Assembly: GCA_965278965.1 (NCBI GenBank)
Contig: OZ257127.1
Location: 2,676,911 to 2,740,910 of the forward strand
Direction of reading: 5' to 3'
Source: Actinomycetes bacterium
GTDB lineage: Bacteria; Actinomycetota; Actinomycetes; S36-B12
DNA length: 64,000 bases
The notes below the pieces were generated by a model. The model was given only the letters and a program-made list of their open reading frames with translations, searched no databases and was not told the DNA's origin. A program made the translations under genes and the position numbers. This document shows positions 1-9,179 of the stretch, piece by piece (positions within the stretch are counted from its first letter, which is position 1; every line of letters begins with the position of its first letter).

Positions 1-77
1 CGGCCTCCAGTAACTGGTGTGGGATGGGAGAGGCCCGGGTCCCGGGCGTCTGACGTCCCTCTCCTGCAGGAGTTCAC

Positions 78-860
78 ATGGGTTCCCTCGACGGCAAGGT
101 TGCGGTCATCACGGCGGGCAGCACAGGCATCGGCTTCGGCATCGCCCAGGCGTTCGTCGCGGAGGGCGCCTCGGTCGTGCTCGGCAACCGGTCCGAGGAG
201 AAGGGCACGCGGGCGCTGGAGCGGCTTGGTGCGGGCGACCGCGCCGTGTTCAAGGCCACGGATGCGCTGGAGTGCGACCAGGTGGAGGCGCTCGTCGACT
301 TCGCGGTCGAGACCTTCGGCACAATCGACATCCTGGTGAACTGCGCCGGCGGCTCCGACGGCTGGGCGCTCATCGACTCGCTCAGCAACGAGGCCTGGCA
401 GAAGGCGTTCGACTGGAACTGCTCGTCGGCGTTCTGGGGCACCCGCCGGGCCCTGAAGTACATGCTGCCCAAGCAGTCCGGCCGCATCATCAACATCTCC
501 TCGATCGAGGGCAAGCAGGCCACGAAGGTCGCGGTCAGCCACTACGTCATGGGCAAGCACGCGATGAACGGCCTGACGAAGGCGACGGCGGTGGAGTACG
601 CGCTGCAGGGGATCCGCTGCAACGCGATCTGCCCCGGCCCGATCGAGACCGACCTGATGAAGGACGCCGGCGCCCTCGTCGCCGAGTCGGCCGGCATCTC
701 CTACGAGCAGTTCATCGACGAGTTCGCGCAGGACACGATGACCAAGGAGCTCAACACCGTCGAGCAGGTCGCCGGGATGGCGGTGCTGCTGGCCGGTCCG
801 CTGGGCAACGGCATGACCGGCTGCCTGTACAACGTCGATGCCGGCACCGTCCCTTACTAG
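78..860 (+). CDS. SDR family NAD(P)-dependent oxidoreductase
   Basis: 260-aa ORF. ATG 78 is preceded by GCAGGAG. Rossmann motif TAGSTGIG near the N-terminus and catalytic YVMGK (YxxxK). High GC3. Confidence 0.9.
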   Translation: MGSLDGKVAVITAGSTGIGFGIAQAFVAEGASVVLGNRSEEKGTRALERLGAGDRAVFKATDALECDQVEALVDFAVETFGTIDILVNCAGGSDGWALIDSLSNEAWQKAFDWNCSSAFWGTRRALKYMLPKQSGRIINISSIEGKQATKVAVSHYVMGKHAMNGLTKATAVEYALQGIRCNAICPGPIETDLMKDAGALVAESAGISYEQFIDEFAQDTMTKELNTVEQVAGMAVLLAGPLGNGMTGCLYNVDAGTVPY

Positions 861-887
861 GCCTCTCGTGACGACTACCGTCTAGCC

Positions 888-1844
888 ATGGCTTACGTGT
901 ACGAGGACTACCGCGATCTTGTCGTCCTGGAGCGCATCGAGGAGGCAGACGGCGTCGTCTGCATCCGGCTCGGAGCTCCGAGCGGCGAGCGACTGCCGAT
1001 GTGGGAGCCCGGAGCGCACATCGACGTGCAGCTTGAGAACGGGGTCGAGCGCCAGTACTCGCTGTGCAGCCACTTCCACGCGGACACCTGGCGCATCGCG
1101 GTGCTCCGTGAGCCGAACAGCCGCGGGGGCTCGTCGTACATCCACGAGCACATCCGCGCGGGCGACTCGGTGCGGACCCGCGGGCCGCGAAACCACTTCC
1201 CGCTCGTCAATGCCCCGTCGTACCTGTTCATCGGCGGCGGCATCGGCGTCACACCGATGGTCCCGATGCTCGGCGAGGTCATCTTCGACAAGGAAGCGCC
1301 CTGGACCTTCTACTACGGCGGTCGCCAGCGCGCCTCGATGGCGTTCCGCGACCGGCTGGAGGCCCTCGGCGTCGTCATCTGGCCGGAGGACGAGAAGGGC
1401 CTGCTCCCGCTCGACCAGATCCTGCGCGACGCGGACCCCGAGACGGCCGTCTACTGCTGCGGGCCGGAACCGCTGATCGCCGCCGTCGAGGCGAAGTGCG
1501 CGGAGCTCGGCCGTGCCGACCCGCACGTCGAGCGGTTCTCGGCCAAGGACGTCGACAACACCGGCGACCCGGGCGACCACGAGTTCACCGTCGTCGTCAA
1601 CAGCACCGGCCAGGAGTTCTCGGTGCCGCGGGACCAGAGCATCGTGCAGGTCCTGCTGGACAACGGCGTGCGGATCATGACGTCGTGCGCTGAGGGGGTG
1701 TGCGGCACCTGCGAGACGAAGGTGGTCTCCGGCCAGATCGCCCACCGCGACTCTCTTCTGTCCGACGAGGAGAAGGCGGAGAATCTCTACATGATGCCGT
1801 GCGTGTCCCGCTGCGTGGGCGACCGCCTCGTGCTGGACATGTGA
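888..1844 (+). CDS. PDR/VanB-type oxidoreductase (flavin/NAD-binding domain plus C-terminal 2Fe-2S ferredoxin); likely reductase for the adjacent Rieske oxygenase
   Basis: 318-aa ORF. Flavin motif RQYSL, NAD motif GGGIGVTP and C-terminal plant-type cluster cysteines CAEGVCGTCETKV. Confidence 0.85.
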   Translation: MAYVYEDYRDLVVLERIEEADGVVCIRLGAPSGERLPMWEPGAHIDVQLENGVERQYSLCSHFHADTWRIAVLREPNSRGGSSYIHEHIRAGDSVRTRGPRNHFPLVNAPSYLFIGGGIGVTPMVPMLGEVIFDKEAPWTFYYGGRQRASMAFRDRLEALGVVIWPEDEKGLLPLDQILRDADPETAVYCCGPEPLIAAVEAKCAELGRADPHVERFSAKDVDNTGDPGDHEFTVVVNSTGQEFSVPRDQSIVQVLLDNGVRIMTSCAEGVCGTCETKVVSGQIAHRDSLLSDEEKAENLYMMPCVSRCVGDRLVLDM

Positions 1845-1950
1845 GGTCCTTCGAGTCGGGGGAGATTGTTAGGACTTCCACGAAATGGTTCCGAAAGTCA
1901 TCTAGACAAGTGTAGTCTGGCGTGGCCGTCGACCTGAGAGGACTCCTTCG

Positions 1951-3108
1951 ATGACGATCCCATTCGTCCCGCCCACCCGAGGCGACGGACCCCTGCGCTT
2001 CGCCCCTGAGATCCCGAACACGCCCGGCCGGTCCGAGACCGTGCCGTCGAGCTGGTACACCGATCCCGACCGCTTCGAGCTCGAGCGCAAGTACGTGCTC
2101 AACCCGAGCTGGCAGATCATGTGCCGCTCGGAGGAGCTCGTGGAGACCGGTGACCACGTGGTCTGGGAGGGCCACGGGGAGACCATCGTCATCACCCGGC
2201 AGCGCGACGGCTCGCTGGCGGGCTTCCACAACGTGTGCCTGCACCGCGGCGCCCGCATCGTGCGCGACTCCGGCAGCTGCGCCCGTCGCTTCAAGTGCCC
2301 GTTCCACGACTGGGTCTACGACTACGCCGGCAACGTCGTCGGCGTCCCCGACCGCGAGGACTTCGACCAGGACATCCTGTCGTCGCTGAAGGCCCCGCAG
2401 GTCGAGCTCGCCGAGTGGGGCGGCTGGGTGTGGGGCGTGCTCGCCGGACCCGGCGTCGCGCCGCCGCTGGCCGAATGGCTCGGCGACGACATCATCGCCG
2501 ACCTCGGGGCGTACCGCATGGAGGACATGTTCCTGCGGGAGAAGCTCACGTGGTACGTCGACGTCAACTGGAAGGTCGTCGTCGACGCGTTCAACGAGTT
2601 CTACCACGCACCGGCGCTGCACCACATCCCGCCGCAGGACGTCAAGGACGGCCGCGAGATGCGGATCTTCGAGTTCGACCGGCACGCGATGATGGTCGTG
2701 CCGCTCAAGGGTGCGCTGCCGAAGCTGCAGGAGAACCCGGACCACCAGTCGGTGGCCATCTGCCACTACACGATCTTCCCGACCAGCGTCTTCAACAACA
2801 ACCCCGAGCACCTGCAGCTGTTCCGCTCGGTCCCGATCTCGCACAACAAGACCCGGTTCGAGACCTGGGAGCTTTGGTACAAGACCGACGACCAGGCCTA
2901 CCTCGACCGCACCCAGCGCCACTGGGACCACCTCAAGATCGTCGTCGGCGAGGACATCTTCACGTGGGAGGACATCGCGGCCACGTCGCGGTCGTCGTTC
3001 TACAAGCAGAACTTCTTCAATGACCGCGAGTGCAAGATCCCGTTCTTCCACCAGCAGGTGAACCGGATCATCGAGGAAGGCGTTGCCCGTGACAGCGTCG
3101 GCCACTAG
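1951..3108 (+). CDS. Rieske (2Fe-2S) ring-hydroxylating oxygenase, alpha subunit
   Basis: 385-aa ORF. Rieske motif CLH-x17-CPFH and mononuclear-iron motif NEFYHAPALHH. Lies immediately downstream of a matching reductase gene. Confidence 0.9.
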   Translation: MTIPFVPPTRGDGPLRFAPEIPNTPGRSETVPSSWYTDPDRFELERKYVLNPSWQIMCRSEELVETGDHVVWEGHGETIVITRQRDGSLAGFHNVCLHRGARIVRDSGSCARRFKCPFHDWVYDYAGNVVGVPDREDFDQDILSSLKAPQVELAEWGGWVWGVLAGPGVAPPLAEWLGDDIIADLGAYRMEDMFLREKLTWYVDVNWKVVVDAFNEFYHAPALHHIPPQDVKDGREMRIFEFDRHAMMVVPLKGALPKLQENPDHQSVAICHYTIFPTSVFNNNPEHLQLFRSVPISHNKTRFETWELWYKTDDQAYLDRTQRHWDHLKIVVGEDIFTWEDIAATSRSSFYKQNFFNDRECKIPFFHQQVNRIIEEGVARDSVGH

Positions 3109-3922
3109 CGCGGCGCCGGCGGTACGCGACTTCACCTTCTCGTTCAACTGCGTCGGCGAGGTGCCCCTCGCCGAGCGGTTCGAGGCGGCTCGTGCGGCGG
3201 GCTTCGCCGAAGCCGGCCTGAGCGTCCGTTGGACGCGGCAGTGGCTCGAGGAGGGCCACACGCTGGAGGAGCTCGACGCGATCGTCGAGGCGAGCGGCCT
3301 GCGGATCGGTGAGCTGGAGGCGATCCGGCTCATGCGTGAGGAGCAGGACCCCCTGGAGGATCTTGCGGCCACGCTGGCGGAGCGGCTGCGGCCGCGCCGG
3401 GTGCAGGCGATCGGCCCGTACGACGGCACCCTCGACGACGCGGTGTCCCGGGCCGGCCGGTTCGCGGACCGGTTCGCCCCTTGGGACGTCGACGTCGTCC
3501 TTGAGCCGCTCCCGTTCACCAACGTGCAGACGCCGGCCGACGCCGCCGAGATCATCCGGCGCGCGGACCGGCCGAACCTGTCGATGTGCATGGATGTCTG
3601 GCACCTGTACCGCATGGGTCTGCCGCTGTCGCACCTGGACGACCTGTGGCCGTACATCTCCACGGTCCAGTTCAACGACGGCACCATCGAGTGCCAGCAC
3701 CCGGAGGACCTGCGCGAGGACTGCCTCCTCAACCGCCGGATCCCCGGCGACGGGGAGTTCGACCTTGTCGGCCTCGTCCGGGCGCGCAACGCGAACCGTC
3801 CCGACAGCACGTTCTCCATCGAGGTCATCAACCCTCAGCTGCGCGAGCAGGATGCGGCACTCTCCGCACGACAGATCGCCGACGGCCTGGACCGCGTGCT
3901 CGCGGCCAGCCGCCTCGCCTGA
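3089..3922 (+). CDS. sugar phosphate isomerase/epimerase-like TIM-barrel protein
   Basis: The track ORF starts at TTG 3083. GTG 3089 is better spaced from GAGGAAGG. Overall resemblance to the xylose-isomerase-like TIM-barrel family (MCMDVWHLYRMG, GEFDLVGLV). The start is uncertain. Confidence 0.7.
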   Translation: MTASATSAAPAVRDFTFSFNCVGEVPLAERFEAARAAGFAEAGLSVRWTRQWLEEGHTLEELDAIVEASGLRIGELEAIRLMREEQDPLEDLAATLAERLRPRRVQAIGPYDGTLDDAVSRAGRFADRFAPWDVDVVLEPLPFTNVQTPADAAEIIRRADRPNLSMCMDVWHLYRMGLPLSHLDDLWPYISTVQFNDGTIECQHPEDLREDCLLNRRIPGDGEFDLVGLVRARNANRPDSTFSIEVINPQLREQDAALSARQIADGLDRVLAASRLA

Positions 3923-3953
3923 CGTTCCCCATCCCGACACGAAGGAAAACGCC

Positions 3954-4430
3954 ATGACCTCGTACCGCGTGGAAGGGCTCCGGTTCCCGGACCGCTTCGA
4001 CATCGAACAGCTCATGTACCGGTACGCGAAGGCGGCGGACATGGCCGACATCGAGACCCAGCTGACCGTGTTCGACCCCGACTGCCGTGTGCGGTTCAGC
4101 GGCGAGACGTGGCTGGAGGGGCACGACGACCTCCGCGAGGCGTGGCGCAGTGCGTACACGCGCTACGCGCAGACGTCGCACGCCGTCACGAACATCTCGA
4201 TCACCTTCACCGGCACCGACGACGCGGAGGCCGAGTCGCTCATCACGGCGTGGCACCGCAGCGCCGACGGCACGGAGTGGACGCTGCACGGCCGGTACGT
4301 CGACGTGTGGGCCAAGGGACCCGAGGGCTGGAAGATCAAGACCCGCGAGATCGTTGCCGCTGGAGCGGTCGGGCGCGACGAGTCGCGGCTGACGATGCTG
4401 CAGCGCCTGACCCTGAGCGACGGCCACTGA
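3954..4430 (+). CDS. NTF2/SnoaL-like fold protein, function unknown
   Basis: 158 aa from ATG 3954 inside track ORF 3309-4430, after GAAGGAAAA. Small alpha+beta pattern (IEQLMYRYAKAADMAD ... GWKIKTREI). High GC3. Confidence 0.7.
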   Translation: MTSYRVEGLRFPDRFDIEQLMYRYAKAADMADIETQLTVFDPDCRVRFSGETWLEGHDDLREAWRSAYTRYAQTSHAVTNISITFTGTDDAEAESLITAWHRSADGTEWTLHGRYVDVWAKGPEGWKIKTREIVAAGAVGRDESRLTMLQRLTLSDGH

Positions 4431-5230
4431 TGGCCGGCCGGCTTGAGGGCAAGGCGGTCGTCGTCACCGGCGGCGCGCGTGGTCTCGGTGAGGGCATGGT
4501 CCGGCGCTTCGTCGCCGAGGGTGGTCGTTGCGTCATCGCCGACATCGACGTCGAGGCGGGCGAGCGGCTCGCTGCGGAGCTGCCGGGATCGACCGTGTTC
4601 CTCCGGACGGACGTGACCTCCGAGGCCGACATCGTCGCGTCGATCCGGGCGTGCATCGACGGGTTCGGTGCCCTCGACGTGATGGTCAACAACGCGGGGG
4701 TCGTCGGCGTCACCGGTTCCATCACGGACACCGACCTGGGCGCCTGGGACCGCACGATCGCGATCCTGCAGACCAGCGTCTTCCTCGGCACGAAGCATGC
4801 GTTCGCCGTGATGCGCGAGCAGCGGTCCGGCTCGATCATCAACACATCGAGCACCGCCGGGGTGCAGGGTGGCCTGGGGGGCCACGCGTACACGACGGCC
4901 AAGCACGGGGTCATCGGGCTGACGAAGTCCGTCGCGGTCGAGGCCGCCCCGTACCGCGTGCGCGTGAATGCGCTGTGCCCCGGAGCGTCGCTCTCGTCGC
5001 TGACGGCCGGTGTCGTGACCGGCGACCCGGACAACCTCGAGGCGGCTTACGAGCGGCTCTCCTCCAAGTACGCCGGCGGGCGCGCCCCGCGGCCGGAGGA
5101 CATCGCCAACGCGGCGCTGTTCCTGGCGAGCGACGAGGGCGAGTTCATGAACGGCGCGGTCTTCATCATGGACGCCGGCAAGGAGGTCCTCTCGGACCGC
5201 GCCGCGAAGTTCTACCCGATGGAAGCCTGA
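4430..5230 (+). CDS. SDR family NAD(P)-dependent oxidoreductase
   Basis: ATG 4430 overlaps the upstream stop (ATGA). Rossmann motif TGGARGLG and catalytic YTTAKHG (YxxxK). Confidence 0.9.
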   Translation: MAGRLEGKAVVVTGGARGLGEGMVRRFVAEGGRCVIADIDVEAGERLAAELPGSTVFLRTDVTSEADIVASIRACIDGFGALDVMVNNAGVVGVTGSITDTDLGAWDRTIAILQTSVFLGTKHAFAVMREQRSGSIINTSSTAGVQGGLGGHAYTTAKHGVIGLTKSVAVEAAPYRVRVNALCPGASLSSLTAGVVTGDPDNLEAAYERLSSKYAGGRAPRPEDIANAALFLASDEGEFMNGAVFIMDAGKEVLSDRAAKFYPMEA

Positions 5231-5247
5231 CCCGCCCTTCTCTGAGA

Positions 5248-5297
5248 CCTGCAGCTTGCGGGGCGGATCCGGCTTCCGGTGCCCCGCAAGCTGCAGG
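5248..5297. terminator. 17-bp perfect-stem hairpin; probable terminator of the SDR gene and 5' boundary of DUF222-HNH element copy 1
   Basis: CCTGCAGCTTGCGGGGC, a 16-nt loop, then GCCCCGCAAGCTGCAGG. The same hairpin recurs at 48631-48683 next to copy 2. Confidence 0.6.
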
Positions 5298-5378
5298 CCT
5301 GGGAAGGTGTTGCGGGGTAACGGGTTCGGGGCGGTCGGCGCACCTGGGAGTGTCAGGGGGTCGGGTTAGTTTCGGGGC

Positions 5379-6782
5379 ATGTCAGAGCCGGGTCGCCGCG
5401 GGGTTGGGGAGCTCGTTGAGCTGCCCGCTGGTCCTGCGCTGGTCGCGGGACTGAGCGGCGTGGAGGTCGCGGACCTGTCGGCGGACGAGGCCATCACGTA
5501 CCTGCAGCAGGTCCGTCGAGCATCGGCCTGGCTGGCCGGCGTGGAGGCCCAGGCCCGCAAGGACGTGACCGAGCGGGTCGTCGCGCATTTCGCGACCGAG
5601 GTTGACGGCACGGGGTCGGACCGTCTCTTCGTGTCTGCGGAGCAACTGGCGTCGGCGGAGATCGCGGCCGCGAGCCGGCTGTCACCTCGTGCGTCGGATG
5701 CGCGGGTGCAGGAGGCGTTCGACCTCACGGGTCCGTGGCGGCTCATGTTGGACGCGCTCCTGGCCGGCGATGTCTCGATGGACCATGTGCGGGCGATCGG
5801 GCGTGAGCTGCGCAAGGCGCCTGGCTACGGCACCCCCGACCCGGCCGAGGTCGCGCGGTACGAGAAGGCGTGCGCGAAGGTCCTCGCGAAGGTTGTTCCC
5901 TTCGCGGTGACCCATTCGCCGGGGCAGTCAGCGCGGAAGACCGCGCTGCTGGTGATCGCGACCGACCCGGCCGCGGCCCGGGCCAAGCGCCGCGAGGTCG
6001 CCGAGGCGGAGCACAACGTGTGGCTGCGCCCGGGTGAGGAACCGGGGACGTGTGAGATCACGGCGACGATGCCGACGGCGCACGGGCATGCGGTGATGGA
6101 CGCCATCAACACCCTCGCCAACGACCCGCGGTTCGAGGTCTCCGACGGCTGTCTCACCTAGGGGCAGCGCCGTGTCGCCGCGTTCACCACCCTGATCCTG
6201 GGTGACCCCGGGTCTGTCGGCCGGGTCACCGGCCCGGTCGCCGACGCCAAACTCGCCGCGCACGTCAACGTCCTGGTCCCGCTGGCCACCCTGGTCGGAG
6301 TGTCGGAGCAGGGCGGCCGGATCGGGACCACCGCCGTGCAGGCCGACGTGCTGCGCGACGTGATCGCCGCCTGCGGACCGGGCTCCACGATCCGGCGGCT
6401 GGTCACCGATGAGCGCGGGGTGATCCTGGATGCGGGCCGGTCCCGTTACCTCGGCTCGGACATCCAGAAACTCGTCACAAAACTGCGGGACGGGTACTGC
6501 CGTGGCGTCGCCTGCGACACCCCCGCCCTGACGCCCGGCACGGAGGTCGACCACGCCACCCCGTTCAGCGCCGGCGGTGAAACGAACGTCGACGAGCTCG
6601 GCTCCTTGTGCAAGCACCACCACCAGATCAAAACCCACGGTGGCTGGGACCTGGCCAACACCACCCGCCGCGGCGACGGCACCTGGCGATCACCCCTCGG
6701 ACGGATCTACCACCACCAAGCCCCCGACCTCATCCCCCCACCACCCGACCCCGACCCCGACCCCGACCCACCACCCTTCTAG
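5379..6782 (+). pseudogene. DUF222/HNH endonuclease family gene (copy 1), interrupted by an in-frame TAG at 6159-6161
   Basis: Track ORFs 5379-6161 and 6300-6782 are in the same frame. Read through the TAG they give about 467 aa, colinear with the paralogue at 47166-48553. HNH region CKHHHQIKTHGGW. The paralogue has AGG (Arg) where this copy has TAG. Confidence 0.7.
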
Positions 6783-6787
6783 GGCGA

Positions 6788-6839
6788 TTCCATACGCCAG
6801 CGTCAGTCCAACGCGGCCTTGTGACGCTGGCGTATGGAA
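6788..6839. terminator. 18-bp perfect inverted repeat between convergent genes (bidirectional terminator candidate)
   Basis: TTCCATACGCCAGCGTCA, a 16-nt loop, then TGACGCTGGCGTATGGAA. Lies between the stop at 6782 (+) and the stop at 6847 (-). Confidence 0.6.
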
Positions 6840-6846
6840 ACGCGGG

Positions 6847-7683
6847 CTACGCGCGCGCTTCGGCGACCAGCGCCCGGGTGCGGTCCATCGCCTCGTGCGC
6901 GACGCCGACCGGGTCACTCTCGGCTGCCTTCGCACTCGACGACGAGATGACCTCGGGGCCGACCCAGCTCAGGCCGCCGCGCGCGTCGAGCGCCCGAAGC
7001 GCGCCGACGAGGTCGAGGTCGCCGTCGCCCGGCAGCAGTCGCTCGCGGGTGTCGTCCCACAAGGACGGCAACGGTGTCGCGCGGGCGTCGTCGACCTGGA
7101 CAGCGAAGATGCGATCGCCCGGAATCGCTGCCAGCACGTTGAGATCCGGGTCGCCGCGGAAGAAGTGCCACGTGTCGAACAGGATGCCGCCGTTGCGCCG
7201 GTCCGCTCCGGACACGATCGTCCAGGCCGAACGCAGGTCGCGCACCTCCGTCATCGGGATGAACTCCAGGTGCACGTCGACGCCGAGCTCGGCCGCTTGG
7301 TCGCACAGCCGCCCGAACGGCTCGACCATCTCATCCGCCGGCGTCTGCCCGGTGCGGTGCGCGATCACGGTCATCGAGACCGCTTCGAGGTCAGCCGCGA
7401 TCCGCAGCGACTCCTCCGCGGTGAAGCGCGAGAAGCGGGAGCCGGGCGCCGGTGCGCCCGGGTACCAGTTCATGACCGGGTCGAGCACGACGTCCAGACC
7501 GCCGGCACGAGCGGCTCTTCCGAGGTCGAGCGCCGAGCCTCCGGCCTCCTCGGCGAGCGCGACGTCCAGCGGGCTCATCGAGACGCGCGAGCACCCCACT
7601 GCAGCCGCTGCCTCAAGCCGGCGGGCGACGTCGCCCTCCAGCCCGAGCGTGCCGGCCCACAGGACCCAGCCGACGTCGATCAC
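6847..7683 (-). CDS. sugar phosphate isomerase/epimerase-like TIM-barrel protein
   Basis: GTG 7683 overlaps the stop of the upstream gene (GTGA). 278 aa. Family-like segments HLEFIPMT, FDTWHFFRG and LLPGDGDLDLVGALRAL. The longer track ORF (to 7998) is an upstream read-through. Confidence 0.8.
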   Translation of the reverse strand: MIDVGWVLWAGTLGLEGDVARRLEAAAAVGCSRVSMSPLDVALAEEAGGSALDLGRAARAGGLDVVLDPVMNWYPGAPAPGSRFSRFTAEESLRIAADLEAVSMTVIAHRTGQTPADEMVEPFGRLCDQAAELGVDVHLEFIPMTEVRDLRSAWTIVSGADRRNGGILFDTWHFFRGDPDLNVLAAIPGDRIFAVQVDDARATPLPSLWDDTRERLLPGDGDLDLVGALRALDARGGLSWVGPEVISSSSAKAAESDPVGVAHEAMDRTRALVAEARA

Positions 7684-8132
7684 CGACCGGCGGTCGACAG
7701 CGAGGTCAGGGCCTGCTCCGTCCTGATGCGGTCCCGGAGCAGGTCTTCGCCCTCCGCGACGAGGTTGGCCAGGCCGGCGTCCATGGCCACATCGAGCGCG
7801 ACGGTAAAGGCACTGCTCGCCCGGCTGTACTCGGCCGTCATGGCTGCCAGCCGGAGGTCGGTGCTGAGGGTGGCGTTCTCCACGGCGGTGCGGACGGATG
7901 CGTCGTCCGTCGCGTCGGCCACGGCCTGGGCGAAGCCCAGGTATGCCAACGACTCCTCGCGCATGAGCGCGATCTCCTGATCGGCGCGAGCGGCGCACTG
8001 ACCCAGGACGCTGGTGATCATCACGATCCGGACCTGATCCGTGCTGCCGGGCATCAGCGGCATGACGTGGCGGTTGAGCTCCTCGATGATGTCGAGGAGC
8101 ACCTGCGGGGTCGACGGTCGGGTGTTCATCAC
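7680..8132 (-). CDS. hypothetical protein (about 150 aa, predicted helical)
   Basis: High-GC3 ORF. Its start overlaps the kinase-gene stop and its stop overlaps the next start. I recognise no family. Confidence 0.6.
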   Translation of the reverse strand: MMNTRPSTPQVLLDIIEELNRHVMPLMPGSTDQVRIVMITSVLGQCAARADQEIALMREESLAYLGFAQAVADATDDASVRTAVENATLSTDLRLAAMTAEYSRASSAFTVALDVAMDAGLANLVAEGEDLLRDRIRTEQALTSLSTAGR

Positions 8133-9148
8133 TTCACCTTCGGCTCGTAGGGCAGATCCAGGCAGATGTTGAGGAACAGGTTGCGGAAGTGGGTGACCGA
8201 CCCGATGAGGTAGCTGCCCAGGATGCCGCGGTGCTCGCCCGCGGCGAGGGCGGCGGAGCCGTCGATCAGCTGCTCGTAGAGTCGGGCCATCCCGAGAAGC
8301 ATGAAGTACTTCACGGTACGCGGGTTGACCTGCTCCTCGCTCAGCCCGGTCGCCTCCCGGTAGAGCGCGCAGAACGCCTCGGGGTCCGGGTGGTAGAGGT
8401 GCGGCGGCATGGGGATCTGCAGGTAGTAGCCGAGGTCTTGACGGGGATCGCCTATCTGGCCGAACTCCCAGTCGATGATGACGGGCTCCTCGCCGGGTGG
8501 CAGGAGGAAGTTGCCGGGTTGGTAGTCGCCGTGCACGAGGGTGACAGGCACCTCGGCTGGGCGGTTCGCGCGCATCTTCTTCCGCACGTAGTGCGTCACG
8601 GGGTCGGCGTCGCCCTCCGCCTCGGTCTTCTCCAGGATCTGGTCGTAGTGGGCCATCAGCGAGTCGATGTGCGCGTCCCAGCTGGCTGGGCGCTCGACGG
8701 TGTCGGTGATCAGCTCGATCGGCATTGTGTGCACGCGCGCGATGGCCGCGACGAAATCACGTCGGGCCTGCTCGAGATCAAGGTCCGGCGTGTTCTCCAG
8801 AACGACCTGCATCGACGCCGTCGGGATCGCCTCGGACACGATGCACTTCGTCCCGAGATACTCGCCGGTCGCGTCGTAGTACCGCGGCCGCGCGATGCGG
8901 AAGTTCGGCACGTCGGCGAGGGCGTTGAGCAGGATCCACTCGCTGTCGCGATCGCTGCGGAAGACGGACTCGTCCTCGGCGGGGTCGCCGCGCAGGATGA
9001 ACTTCTCGCACTCGCCGTCGCCCCACTGCACCTCGGCGATCACCGTGTCGCGGCTGTATCCGCCGGTGATCGGTTCGGCGCTGAGCACCGTGCCGCCGCG
9101 GTCGGGCTCGACGGCGTCGATGAACGACTGCAGTCGCTCCTTGTCCAT
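8129..9148 (-). CDS. phosphotransferase family protein (APH/choline-kinase fold)
   Basis: 339 aa. ATG 9148 with a GGAAGGA RBS. Kinase motifs LVHGDYQPGNFLL (HxDxxxxN) and IIDWEFGQIGDPRQDL. Confidence 0.85.
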   Translation of the reverse strand: MDKERLQSFIDAVEPDRGGTVLSAEPITGGYSRDTVIAEVQWGDGECEKFILRGDPAEDESVFRSDRDSEWILLNALADVPNFRIARPRYYDATGEYLGTKCIVSEAIPTASMQVVLENTPDLDLEQARRDFVAAIARVHTMPIELITDTVERPASWDAHIDSLMAHYDQILEKTEAEGDADPVTHYVRKKMRANRPAEVPVTLVHGDYQPGNFLLPPGEEPVIIDWEFGQIGDPRQDLGYYLQIPMPPHLYHPDPEAFCALYREATGLSEEQVNPRTVKYFMLLGMARLYEQLIDGSAALAAGEHRGILGSYLIGSVTHFRNLFLNICLDLPYEPKVK

Positions 9149-9179
9149 CTGTGATCCTTCCGGGTTCCTCGGGCTGGGC

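Noticed and set aside
1675-3831. 718-aa ORF on the minus strand spanning the Rieske oxygenase and neighbouring genes
   Set aside because: It is antisense to three well-supported plus-strand genes with clear motifs. It is Arg/Ser/Ala/Pro-rich and low in complexity. This is the typical stop-codon-poor antisense frame of a high-GC genome.
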